A DNA stretch of 63,594 bases from Thermodesulfovibrionales bacterium (GTDB lineage Bacteria > Nitrospirota > Thermodesulfovibrionia > Thermodesulfovibrionales > SM23-35). Made by a program: the position numbers and the translations under genes. Every line of letters starts with the position of its first letter. The first letter of the stretch is position 1. The DNA lies in assembly GCA_963715195.1 (NCBI GenBank), contig CAVQRT010000019.1, positions 1 through 63,594 on the forward strand. Direction: 5' to 3'. The notes beneath the pieces are model-generated. The model worked only from the letters and a program-made list of their open reading frames with translations, was not told the origin of the DNA and ran no database searches. Below are positions 21,566 through 32,084 of this stretch, piece by piece.

Positions 21566-22501
21566 TTACTGTCGTGGTTGAGATCTTCCCTGAAACACCA
21601 GCAACGCGGAACCGATTATGCCCGCGTTATCCCTGAGCACCGACGGGATGATCTTCACCTGATCGAAGAGTTCCCTGAATGCCCTCCGGGAGGCCTCCCT
21701 GATCGCTTCCTGAATATAAATGTCCCATGCCCCTATGAGCCCACCTGCGAGAATGACCGCATCAGGGCTCATGATATTTATCATATTGGAAATACCTATC
21801 CCGAGATATTTCCCCGCGTGTTTCAGCATTTCACGTGCAAGGTTGTCTCCGTCAAGTGCGGTATTATAGATATCTTCCGGGGTAAGCTTGTAGAAATTTC
21901 CTTCGCAGCATTCTCTCAGAAGGCTTTCCCTTCCTGTTTCGAGCACCGAGATGGTATTTGCAAGAATTGCCCTGGCTGCCGCATAGGATTCAAGACACCC
22001 GTTGTTGCCGCACGGACATTTCTCCCCTTCTGCATCAACACTCATATGGCCGATTTCCGCAGATACATTCAAAAGCTGCCTGTTATAGACTATGCCTCCA
22101 CCGATCCCTGTCCCGAGAGTGAAGAGAACAAAATGCTGGAACCCCTTTCCCGCACCAACCCACATTTCCCCCATTGCCGCAGCGTTCGCGTCATTTTCAA
22201 TGAATACCGGCACATTGAACTTCTCCTGCAGTGTCCGCACAAGGTCAATCTTCTCAACGGCCGGGATATTCGGGGATGCGAGTACAGTATTTCTCCGCCG
22301 GCCGATAAGTCCTGCAACGCCGATGCCGATCCCGGCAATCCTTTCCGAGAAAAGTGATTCAACAGCACCAAGCGTGGTGTCCAGAAGGTCTTCTGAGGTC
22401 GATTCCCTGAATCTCTTGATGATCTCCCCGTTCTCTGACACAAGACCAACCCTCAGGTTCGTTCCCCCGAGGTCCATGCCTATCGCGAGTTTCTCTTCCA
22501 T
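21566..22501 (-). CDS. ROK family kinase (glucokinase-like)
   Basis: DLGGT, ENDANAAA and GTGIGGG...EIGH...CPCGNNGCLE. Confidence 0.92.
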   Translation of the reverse strand: MEEKLAIGMDLGGTNLRVGLVSENGEIIKRFRESTSEDLLDTTLGAVESLFSERIAGIGIGVAGLIGRRRNTVLASPNIPAVEKIDLVRTLQEKFNVPVFIENDANAAAMGEMWVGAGKGFQHFVLFTLGTGIGGGIVYNRQLLNVSAEIGHMSVDAEGEKCPCGNNGCLESYAAARAILANTISVLETGRESLLRECCEGNFYKLTPEDIYNTALDGDNLAREMLKHAGKYLGIGISNMINIMSPDAVILAGGLIGAWDIYIQEAIREASRRAFRELFDQVKIIPSVLRDNAGIIGSALLVFQGRSQPRQ

Positions 22502-22503
22502 TT

Positions 22504-22719
22504 CTAGTTCTTCTCCCTGTAAACTTCTATCGCGATTTCCGGGCACATGTGTGCACACATCGAGCAGCCGGTACATTTATCCAGATGCTCGGGCGAGGCC
22601 GGGAAAAAGCCTTTCTGATTGAACTGTCTTTCAATGACAATCACTCCGAGAGGGCATGCATTGATGCAGTAAGAGCATCCCTTGCAAAGCTCCTTGTCTA
22701 TCTCAATTCTTCCTCTCAT
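22504..22719 (-). CDS. 2x[4Fe-4S] ferredoxin (VorC/KorD-like)
   Basis: CKGCSYCINACP and CTGCSMCAHMCP. Confidence 0.9.
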   Translation of the reverse strand: MRGRIEIDKELCKGCSYCINACPLGVIVIERQFNQKGFFPASPEHLDKCTGCSMCAHMCPEIAIEVYREKN

Positions 22720-24360
22720 GCAACTGCCCCGAGCAATTCTCTTGCATGCGTAAGGGAAACCTCTGTCACTTTGCCGCTCAGCATACGGGCTATTTCGTGC
22801 AACCGCTCTTCGCCGGAGAGCTCCCGTACTTCGACATGCACCCGTTCCTTGCCCTGAATCTTTTCTATCTTGAGGTGGAAATCTGCCAGTGAGGCGATCT
22901 GCGGAAGATGTGTGGCACAGAGCACCTGATGTTTTTTTGACACTGCATTCAGTTTCCTGCCAACCTCATGTGCCGTCCTGCCACCGATCCCTGCATCGAC
23001 TTCATCAAAAATGAGTACAGGGATCTTATCAAAGTCCGCGAGGATAGTTTTCAGCGCAAGCATAATCCTTGACAACTCTCCTCCGGAAGCGATTTTTGCG
23101 AGTGGCTTGAGTGGTTCCCCGGGGTTCGCAGAAAAAAGAAAGTCTACCCGGTCAATCCCATGGGAGGAGATTTCCGACTGTGTAAGCTCTATGGCAAACC
23201 CTGCATTACTCAGCCCAAGATGCGTAAGTTCTTTCATCACCAGTGTTTCAATCACAGATGCGGTCTTCCTTCTCTTTTCTGAAAGTGCGGCAGCAGTGCG
23301 AGAAAGCGTCTCTTCAAGATTCCTGGCCTGTTCTCTGACAGACTCGAGCATGGTATCAGCCTTCTCAAGGCCCTCGAGTTCCTGTCTGGCCTCATCCCCA
23401 TATGCAATGATTGAGGCAATCCCCTCGCCGTATTTTCTTTCGAGTTTTCTGATTACATCAAGCCTTTCCTCGACCGCATTGAGCTTTACCGGGTCGGTAT
23501 CGTATTTGTCCCTGTATGCACGCAGGGAAATTGCAGCGTCCTGAACAACCGGGTACACAGACTCGAGCATTGTCAGAACCTCAGATGCGCTCTGATCAAG
23601 GGAAGACATTTCCCTGATCTTTGACAATATTGAAGAAAGCTTCTCCTCACAGGAATCGTCTGATCCGTAGATCATCGTATAGGCAGATTCGGCAAGTTCC
23701 CGAAGCCGGTATAAATTTGAGAGTATCGTCCTCTCGTGCTCGAGGGATTCTTTTTCGCCGGGTGTCAATGACGCTGCTTCGATTTCCCGAATCTGGAATG
23801 TCAGGAAGTCGATTCTCTGCGCCCGTTCCTGCACTTGCCGGGAAAGCTCAGCCTCCTCTTGTCTTCGCTCCTGCAATTCCCTGAAGGATGACGCGACCTG
23901 CTCCCTGTCCTTTTGCAGTTTCCCGAATGCATCAATGAAAAGCCTCTGTTTTTCATTTGAGAACAGGCTTTGATGCTCATGCTGCCCATGGATATCAACA
24001 AGAGATCTGCCAACTTCAGAAAGAACCTGCTGACTTACCATCGTATCATTGATATATGCCCTGCTCCTTCCCGTTGCATAGAGCAACCTCCTGAGAATAA
24101 GTCCTTCTGAAAAATCTATCCCAAGATCAGGGATGTCAGATATTGTTTCCACATCGACATACGCCTGCACTACCGCCTCTTTTTCTCCAGATCGAATAAA
24201 ATCCGGCTGCACTTTGCTTGCCGAGCACCACGCTGAGGGCGTCGACAATAATGGACTTGCCCGCCCCTGTCTCACCTGTCAGCACATTGAACCCGGATTC
24301 AAATGTTACCCTCAGATCATCAATAATGGCAAGATTTTTGATCCTGAGTTCTCTTAGCAT
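22716..24360 (-). CDS. recN: DNA repair protein RecN (frameshift at about 24230)
   Basis: GETGAGKS in ORF 24136-24360; ASGGELSR and FDEVDAG in ORF 22716-24275. Confidence 0.95.
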
Positions 24361-24387
24361 TCATTTCCGTGCCACAGAAGCGGCGTT

Positions 24388-24666
24388 TCAGTATCTGACG
24401 AAGAAACCTTTCCGGTGACCGCTCGATGCTTCCCACTGCACATCGATATCTGTAATTCTCGAACCGGGGGGGCCTACATTACATTGTTTGATCGCTTTAT
24501 CGATAAGGTTTTTCGGCCCTTCAAAGACTGCCTCAACCCTGCCATCACTGAGATTTCTCACCCAACCTTGCAATTCTAGTTTTTGTGCAAGTTCTTTTGT
24601 GAAGCCACGGTAAAAAACCCCCTGCACTCTTCCATCTATAAACAGATGTGCCCTCACATTATCCAT
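24388..24666 (-). CDS. acyP: Acylphosphatase
   Basis: GRVQGVFYR and GWVRN. Confidence 0.94.
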   Translation of the reverse strand: MDNVRAHLFIDGRVQGVFYRGFTKELAQKLELQGWVRNLSDGRVEAVFEGPKNLIDKAIKQCNVGPPGSRITDIDVQWEASSGHRKGFFVRY

Positions 24667-25061
24667 ATCATTGCATTATAGCACATTTTCAGCAGGTCAC
24701 TTTCAAAATATTCTTTCCAATCATTCACTTCCATTGGACCCTCTCCTCAAAGAAAAATATAAAAATACCCTCTCGGCCGGTAATTGCATTCTGAGGATAC
24801 CGTTTCTGCTTGTGTACGTACTTTCACTGCTTCCAATTTCACGATGTACAGTGCTGCTAGCCAATATTTATCTATAGCTATATTTTTATCCTCATTATTT
24901 TAATTATCAATGCATATGCTGATTTCCTTAAAACAGGTTATAATCATTTTATTTAAATAGTTACATTATTTTTATCTGCAAATAACTATTGATTTTGCTA
25001 TTTAGCTTATGCTATATTTTGCGCATGTATCCAACTACCAGGAAGAAAGGAGGTGAACACC

Positions 25062-25419
25062 ATGACAAAAAAGTCAATCGCACTTTCGGCAGTCCTCTGG
25101 CTTTTTCTGTTCTGTTCTCTGTCGGTCGCCACGGAAGTCTCAGGGGCAACTGCTCCCAGTGAAAAACCGAAAAACAGACAGGTAACCGGAATCGTGAAGG
25201 ATGTGGATTTGAAAGCAAAGACAATCACGGTACGCAAAAAGGTGAAGGAAAAGGCATCAGACACAGTTGCTGCCTATGACGACAGGACCAGTATCCTTCT
25301 GGGGAAGGAACAAAAGACTATCGCGGATATACACGTCGGAGATAAGGTGACCATGAAGTATCAGAGAGGCCGACGGACAGATACGTGCAAGAAGTATCAT
25401 AATAAAGAGCGGGGGCTGA
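25062..25419 (+). CDS. Small exported OB-fold-like protein (frameshift at about 25360)
   Basis: AGGAGGTG RBS and signal peptide; VTG.V..VD..AKTITV...DIHVGDKVT, continuing in the shifted frame as EADGQIRARSIIIKSGG-stop. Confidence 0.6.
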
Positions 25420-25468
25420 TGACCGGGAATTCCATCCAGTCAACGCGGGGATGAGAGATCCCGCGTTA

Positions 25469-25499
25469 AGGGCACTTTTTAGAAAGTGCCCTGTTTTTT
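25469..25499 (+). terminator. Intrinsic terminator
   Basis: agggcacttt-ttag-aaagtgccct followed by gtttttt; a second hairpin precedes it at 25442-25467. Confidence 0.7.
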
Positions 25500-25584
25500 C
25501 GGGTGCATACATGATCTTTTCCTCTTTCCTTACACTCAGTCAATAGTTTAATATATCAGGATTACTCCTCAGGAGGAAAAAAGC

Positions 25585-26756
25585 GTGAAGAAATCGATCT
25601 CTGTGAATCTTGCTTCCCGTGTCAGGGATCTCCCACCTTATCTCTTTGCTTCCATCGACAAGATGAAGAGACAGGCAATCGGGCGCGGGGCAGACCTTAT
25701 TGACCTGAGCATAGGCGACCCTGATATCCCCACTCCCCGGCATATCGTAAATACACTGAAAAAGCGGCAGGCAATCCCGTTCATCACCGATACCCTTCTT
25801 ACGAAGGGATGTTTGCGTTCAGGGAGGCGGTCTCCCGGTGGTACAAGAGAAGATTCAGGGTAAGGCTCGACCCTGAATCAGAGGTTCTTTCGCTGATCGG
25901 CTCAAAAGAAGGGATTGGGCATATCCCTCTCGCGTTCGTCAATCCGGGCGATGTAGTGCTCGTGCCTTCTCCCGGGTATCCAGTCTACGCAACAGGAACT
26001 CTCTTTGCCGGGGGCAAAAGCCATTTCATGCCCCTTCTGGAGAAAAACAACTTTCTTCCCGATCTTTCCCGCATTCCCAAGAAAATCCTCTCAAAGACGA
26101 AACTCCTTTTCATCAATTACCCCAACAATCCGACTGCTGCAAGTGCATCCCGTTCCTTCTATTCGTCTGTGATACGTCTGGCAATGCAATATAATATTAT
26201 CGTCTGTCATGATGCCTCCTATACCGAAATCTATTTCGGCAAGAAACCTCTCAGCTTCATGCAGATACCAGGGGCAAGGGAAGTAGGGATCGAATTTCAT
26301 TCGCTCTCAAAAACATACAATATGACCGGCTGGAGGATCGGCTTCGCGGTCGGCAACAGCAAGGTCATTGCCGGGCTTGGCAAAATCAAGACAAATCTGG
26401 ACTCAGGGGTCTTTCAGGCCATTCAGGAGGCTGCGATTACTGCGCTTGACTCTGATGACTCCGTTCTTTCCCCTATTCGGCAGACATACCACATCCGGCG
26501 TGATATCATGATCCGGGGACTGAGAAACCTCGGGCTCGAAATGGCAACGCCGGATGCAACCTTCTACATCTGGATGAAAGTTCCCCCACCCTTGGATTCC
26601 ATGAGCTTCGTGTCACGAATGCTCGCAGATGCGGGCGTCCTTGCAACCCCTGGGAACGGCTTCGGACAGGCCGGGGAAGGGTATGTGCGTTTTGCGCTCA
26701 CCGCACCTGCGTCGAAAATAGAAGAAGCGGTATACAGAATACAAAAAATTCTCTGA
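25585..26756 (+). CDS. dapL: LL-diaminopimelate aminotransferase (frameshift at about 25760)
   Basis: LPPYLFA, GSKEGIGH, NYPNNPT and SLSKTYNMTGWRIG. Confidence 0.88.
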
Positions 26757-26761
26757 TCCGG

Positions 26762-27223
26762 ATGTCGATCGCTTTCATCGGCATCGGTTCGAACCTTGGC
26801 AACAGGGAGGGGAACTGCCTGCGCGCGATCGGGCTTCTCAAACAAAAGGGCCTTCGCGTAAAAAGACAATCCTCTCTTTATGAGACTGAGCCCTGGGGGG
26901 TAGGGAATCAGCCGTCATTTTTGAACATGGCAGTCAAACTTGAAACTGACTGTGCACCGGGGGAATTGTTCAGGCGGCTGAAAGAGATCGAATCCGAGCT
27001 TGGCAGGGAAAAAACGTATAAATGGGGGCCGCGTGTTATTGACCTCGACATCCTTCTTTTCGATAACCTCATCATGAACGAACATGGCCTGTGCATACCT
27101 CACCCCCTTATGCATAAGAGAGATTTTGTGCTGAAGCCGCTCGCTGAACTGGCACCGGACATGCTGCACCCTATACTGAACGTGAGCATCAGCGAACTGC
27201 TTCAGCAGCTTGAGACATTTTAG
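26762..27223 (+). CDS. folK: 2-amino-4-hydroxy-6-hydroxymethyldihydropteridine diphosphokinase
   Basis: GIGSNLG, WGPRVIDLDIL and PHP..HKRDFVL.P. Confidence 0.96.
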   Translation: MSIAFIGIGSNLGNREGNCLRAIGLLKQKGLRVKRQSSLYETEPWGVGNQPSFLNMAVKLETDCAPGELFRRLKEIESELGREKTYKWGPRVIDLDILLFDNLIMNEHGLCIPHPLMHKRDFVLKPLAELAPDMLHPILNVSISELLQQLETF

Positions 27224-27225
27224 GT

Positions 27226-29223
27226 ATGGAGACATTGAACATCGAACATCTGTCCACTCTCCAGGAGCGATTGTCATCCCTGACCGGTCTGTATCTTTCA
27301 CTATGGGGCGAAAGAGGGAATCTCATTCTCCCTCCCGGAAGGGAAAATAAAATTTTCTCTGCACTTACCTCTTCCCCTCAGAAAAGGGATGCCTACCATG
27401 CCTTTGTGAGGGAACACATCCATGATATGTCACAGAGAAACAATATCGCCGTAGTAAAAGGGCCCGTGAATATCTCACACTTCTTTGCTCCTCTTCGTAC
27501 TGATGACGTGTTCCATATGCTTGTCGGTGGTGGCATTTACCTCTCCTCACCAGACTTCGACCGCTTCATTGAAAAGCAGAGACAGCACTACAGGTTTCCG
27601 CTCACTACGGGAACATCTTCCTCACACGACAAGGGTGTCCTGACCAGGGATAATCTCCTGAAAACCGCCAGGCATTTGCAGACAATATTTTTTGACACGC
27701 TGCGAAGTATGAAAAAAGAAAAATCACTCGCATACAGGTTCCGACTGCTGAAGACAATCCTCAGCCTCCTCTCAGAGATCAACCCTGAGAAGAATTCCGG
27801 GGAGATTTACGAACTCCTCGCGGATATCATGCTTTTTCTTTTTCATGCGGACTCTCTGTCGTTGTACACACGAAGAGAAAACACTTTTGTCCCGCAGAAG
27901 GCAGAGGGAAGGATGAAAAACCTTCTCAAGGCGTTGCCTCTGAAAATGCACGGCATTCTCTCAGAGGTGTACAAAAGCAGGAAGCCGGCGTTTACGGACT
28001 CGATGATCGACATCCTGCGCCTGGGGTTCCCTGAAACAGTGCTTTCCCTCTCGATATTCCCGATGATATGCGAGGACACAGTAACCGGCCTCCTTGTCTT
28101 CCTCAACACCGAAATCTCTGAGGAGGAGGAAGAGGTCATCACTGAAATCTGCAGGATTGCAGGTTTTATTCTCAATGTGGCAGACCTCCGTGAGGAATAC
28201 CGTAAATACACACAGGAAATAGACGCCCTCAATCTTGCAGCCGAGCGTTTGAACACGGTGAAAGAGCCCGAGATGCTCTATGATGCCATCCTCGACACAT
28301 CGGTCAGTCTTGCAGGTGCGGACAAAGGTTCCCTGATGCTGAGAGAAAACGGGGCATCCTATCTTACGGTCAAGGCAGCAAAAGGAATACATAAAAGACT
28401 GATGGGAGACCTCAGGATAATGCCCGGAGAAGGCATCGCCGGATGGGTGTTCAGCGAGGGGGTTCCCCTGATCGTTGATGATATTGAAAAGGATCAACAT
28501 GTCACTTTCAAGAGAAAACCCAAATACAGAACCGGGTCTTTTATGAGCATCCCGCTCAAGATAGGAGAAAAAACTATCGGGGTGCTCAATATTTCGGACA
28601 AAATATCTGGAGAAATTTTTTCGCAGGATGATGCGGTGCTTCTGCGTTCCTTTGCGTCATATGCAACCATTGCCCTCGACCGTGCAAACTACTGCAGCCT
28701 GGCAAGCCAGATGAGGGCCCTCTCCATGACAGATTCCCTTACAGGCCTCTTCAACAGGCGATATTTTGAGGAACGTTTCTATGAGGAACTCCATCGCTCC
28801 GCCCGCCATAATCTCTTCTTTTCCCTTGCAATGATCGACATTGATGACTTTAAGCTCTTCAACGACACGGAAGGCCATCTTGCAGGGGATGAAATATTAA
28901 AAAACATCGCACACCTTGCAAAAGAATCCCTCCGCGTCAGCGACGTAATCGCCCGCTTCGGAGGTGAAGAGTTTGCAGTGATCATGCCTCAGACCGAGAA
29001 AGAGGAAGCCCTTCTTGTTGCTGAGAGGATCAGGATTTCCGTCAGGGAACTGCTCCCACGCATCTGGAGGACATTTCCAAAGGATTCCATTACTCTCACA
29101 ATCGGGGTCTCTACGTTTCCCATTGACGGAAAAGACAGGAAAGAACTGATCCGCAGCGCTGACAAGGCACTCTACAGAGGGAAAATGGAAGGGAAAGACA
29201 GGATAGTCTCCTGGCCCAGATGA
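27226..29223 (+). CDS. PocR-like/GAF sensor diguanylate cyclase
   Basis: TDSLTGLFNRR, GGEEF active site and RVSD I-site; GAF domains. Confidence 0.9.
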   Translation: METLNIEHLSTLQERLSSLTGLYLSLWGERGNLILPPGRENKIFSALTSSPQKRDAYHAFVREHIHDMSQRNNIAVVKGPVNISHFFAPLRTDDVFHMLVGGGIYLSSPDFDRFIEKQRQHYRFPLTTGTSSSHDKGVLTRDNLLKTARHLQTIFFDTLRSMKKEKSLAYRFRLLKTILSLLSEINPEKNSGEIYELLADIMLFLFHADSLSLYTRRENTFVPQKAEGRMKNLLKALPLKMHGILSEVYKSRKPAFTDSMIDILRLGFPETVLSLSIFPMICEDTVTGLLVFLNTEISEEEEEVITEICRIAGFILNVADLREEYRKYTQEIDALNLAAERLNTVKEPEMLYDAILDTSVSLAGADKGSLMLRENGASYLTVKAAKGIHKRLMGDLRIMPGEGIAGWVFSEGVPLIVDDIEKDQHVTFKRKPKYRTGSFMSIPLKIGEKTIGVLNISDKISGEIFSQDDAVLLRSFASYATIALDRANYCSLASQMRALSMTDSLTGLFNRRYFEERFYEELHRSARHNLFFSLAMIDIDDFKLFNDTEGHLAGDEILKNIAHLAKESLRVSDVIARFGGEEFAVIMPQTEKEEALLVAERIRISVRELLPRIWRTFPKDSITLTIGVSTFPIDGKDRKELIRSADKALYRGKMEGKDRIVSWPR

Positions 29224-29227
29224 GATC

Positions 29228-29839
29228 TCAGCTTTGTCTTACTACATTTCCGAAATTCTTCAGTATCCTGAGACCGTCATCCTGACTTTTCTCAGGGTGA
29301 AACTGTGTTGCGAATACATTCTCTCTCCATGCCATCGAAACGAACTCTGTTCCGTATTTAGTCTTCGCTGCGATGATGGAATCATCCTCCGGCACCACAT
29401 AATAGGAATGCACAAAATAGAAAAAGCTCGCGTCATTAATCCCCTCGAATAACGGGGGTCTCCTTACAAGATGGACCGTGTTCCATCCCATGTGCGGAAC
29501 CTTCAGGTCAGTATGGAAACGCACCACCTTCCCCCGAAAAATGCCCAGCCCCCGGTGAGCACCAAACTCCTCGGACTCGGCAAAAAGGACCTGGAGCCCG
29601 AGGCAGATTCCGAGGTAGGGCTTTCCCCTCTTGATCGACCTGAGTATAGGTTCGATCAGCGATTTTTCCTCGAGGTTCCTCATACAGTCCCTGAACGCAC
29701 CGACACCCGGCAGCACCACTGCTTTCGCATCGTCAATTTCCTGTGCGTTGCTTACCACCAGCGCATTGATGCCTACCTTCTGGAAACCTTTCTCGACACT
29801 CCTCAGGTTCCCCATGCCATAATCCACAATTGCAATCAT
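29228..29839 (-). CDS. hisH: Imidazole glycerol phosphate synthase, glutaminase subunit
   Basis: DYGMGNLRSV, GICLGLQ and QFHPEKS. Confidence 0.96.
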   Translation of the reverse strand: MIAIVDYGMGNLRSVEKGFQKVGINALVVSNAQEIDDAKAVVLPGVGAFRDCMRNLEEKSLIEPILRSIKRGKPYLGICLGLQVLFAESEEFGAHRGLGIFRGKVVRFHTDLKVPHMGWNTVHLVRRPPLFEGINDASFFYFVHSYYVVPEDDSIIAAKTKYGTEFVSMAWRENVFATQFHPEKSQDDGLRILKNFGNVVRQS

Positions 29840-30093
29840 AAGGTTATTATACAAAAGAGCACTGAATAATACCCTTCCATATATACACACTGTATCCTTA
29901 CCTCTGCCTCTGCTTTCAGCTGATTACGAACGGATCTGTCCGCCCCCTGGAAATCTGTTCAACATAATGCTGCATGCAGGGATGGGACACTAAACAGACG
30001 ATTGCAATAAACTCAAAAAAAATGTATTTTTAACCGATAGATTTTTCTTTACTCTGAAATAAGGGATTACACCGAAGCAGAATGTTACATGCA

Positions 30094-30447
30094 ATGAAAA
30101 CTTTCAGGGTCTTTCATCATCCTGCACACGGATACCAGGCGGTCAAGATAGGATTCTCGTGGCCTGGATTCCTGTTCTCTGTAATCTGGCTTCTCATAAA
30201 GAAGCTCTGGGGACAGGCCCTCCTTGTGATGGCTGCTGTCCTGCTGCTCGCTTCAATCGAGATGTATTTTCAGAATATTCAAACATCTGTCATGGTGCTT
30301 CTCCTGGAGTTCAGTATATACGTTTTGGTCGGGGTTTACGGAAATGAATGGCGCATGGCCAACCTGGAGGCACGCGGATTCAAGGTTATAGATACCCTGG
30401 AAGCGGAGACTCCCGATGGAGCGATCCGGAAGATTGTAAAAGAGTGA
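30094..30447 (+). CDS. DUF2628-like small membrane protein
   Basis: AVKIGFSWPGF...W...KKLW and GNEWR motifs. Confidence 0.7.
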   Translation: MKTFRVFHHPAHGYQAVKIGFSWPGFLFSVIWLLIKKLWGQALLVMAAVLLLASIEMYFQNIQTSVMVLLLEFSIYVLVGVYGNEWRMANLEARGFKVIDTLEAETPDGAIRKIVKE

Positions 30448-30463
30448 GCGCAGGGGAGGCAAC

Positions 30464-30884
30464 ATGGCAAATAAAACGACCTTAATTGCGCATAGTGGCG
30501 ATATGGACAAAATCTATAGTGCTTTAATTATCGGGAATGGTGCACTTGCGATGGGGATGGAGGCATCAATTTTCTTTACCTTCTGGGGTCTTCAAAGGCT
30601 CAAAAAGGGCGGATTGGACAAAGGCCCCCTCTCGAAGATGAATATGTTTGGGCTCGGCAAACTGATGGTAAAACTTAAAATGAAAAAAATCGGGGTTGCT
30701 TCTCTTGAAAAGCTGCTGCAGGATTTTAAGGAACTCGGAGGGAAAATCACTTGCCTGTGACATGACAATGGAGATCATGGGAATAGCGAAAGAAGACCTG
30801 CGTGAAGACCTTATATCTGATTATTGTGCAGTTGGCACCTATATCAATGAAGCAAAAGATTCATCGGTAACTCTTTTCATATAA
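30464..30884 (+). CDS. DsrE/DsrF/DrsH-like (DrsE_2) sulfur-carrier protein (frameshift at about 30748)
   Basis: SGDMDK...IFFTFWGL and, after the shift, LACDMTM...VTLFI; GGAGG RBS. Confidence 0.85.
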
Positions 30885-30897
30885 ACGGGAGGAATAC

Positions 30898-32068
30898 ATG
30901 TTCGATAGACGGATATATCTCGATAACGCAGCAGCTACCCGTCTGGACGAGAGAGTGTTAAGTGCCATGAATCCATATTTCTTGAAAAATTACGCTGTTG
31001 CCACTTCTGAATTTGCCTATTCAGAGGGGATCGATGCAAGGGAGTCTTTAGATAAGGCTCGCGGTGAGATCGCAGCTTCGTTGGGTGCTGATGCAGAGGA
31101 ATTTATCTTCACCTCAGGGAATACTGAATCTTCAAATATTGTACTTAAAGGTGTCGCACTTGCGCTTGGGCGCAAAAAAGGAACACACCTTGTTGTCTCG
31201 AAGATCGAAGATTTCCCTGTACTGCACAGTGCAAGAGCACTCGAAAAACAAGGATTCCAGATAACGTATATAAATGTAGACAGTGCAGGTTTTGTTGACC
31301 TTGATCAGTTGCGGGACTCTCTCACCGATAACACTATTCTGGTTTCAATCCAGCATGCAAATCAAGAAATAGGAACAATCCAGGATATCGAAAGTGTTGG
31401 GCGAATCTGCAGAGAAAAAAATGTTCTTTTCCACACAGACGCAACTCACACATTTACAAGGGTTCCTCTCAATACAAGAAAAATCCCTGTCGATCTCAAA
31501 ACAGTATCTGCCCATACTCATCCATGGCCCAAAAGGGATTCGAGGTCTTTACATAAGGAAAGGAACACCTAATTACAAAATGGATGGATGGCGGGTTTCA
31601 AGAGTTCGATATTCGTCCTGGTTTAGAAAATATCCCGGGCGCTGTAGGATTCGCAAAAGCAGTAGACCTTGTGACACCCGAAGAAACCCAAAAATTACAG
31701 GCCATGCGGGATCGCATCATTGATCGCATACTCAAAGAAATACCTGATACCACACTCAATGGTCACCGTTGGAAACGGCTTCCACAGAACGCAAATGTCA
31801 CCTTTCATTTCGTGGAGGGAGAATCTATAACCCTTCATCTGGACATGCATGGATTCGCAGTCAGCACAGGTTCTGCTTGTTTCAGCCGTTCGCTTGAAAG
31901 TAGTCATGTGATTATGGGAATCGGCGGCGACCACGAAAGGGCACATGGCTCAATACGCTTTACCTTTGGACGCTATAACACCATGAGTGAGGTTGAGGAT
32001 ATTGTTGGAACAGCTGTCTGAGATAGTTAAGGAACTCAGAATAAATCAGCCCACTTGGGAAAGAGTAA
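30898..32068 (+). CDS. IscS/NifS-like class V protein with a degenerate PLP site (several frameshifts)
   Basis: IYLDNAA, FTSG.TES, HANQEIGTIQ, HGPKG, STGSAC and GSIRF motifs across ORFs 30898, 31394 and 31584. Confidence 0.85.
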
Positions 32069-32084
32069 AATAGGAGGACACAAC

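Noticed and set aside
24860..25030. AT-rich tract as a replication origin
   Set aside because: No DnaA-box cluster and no dnaA, gidA or par genes nearby.
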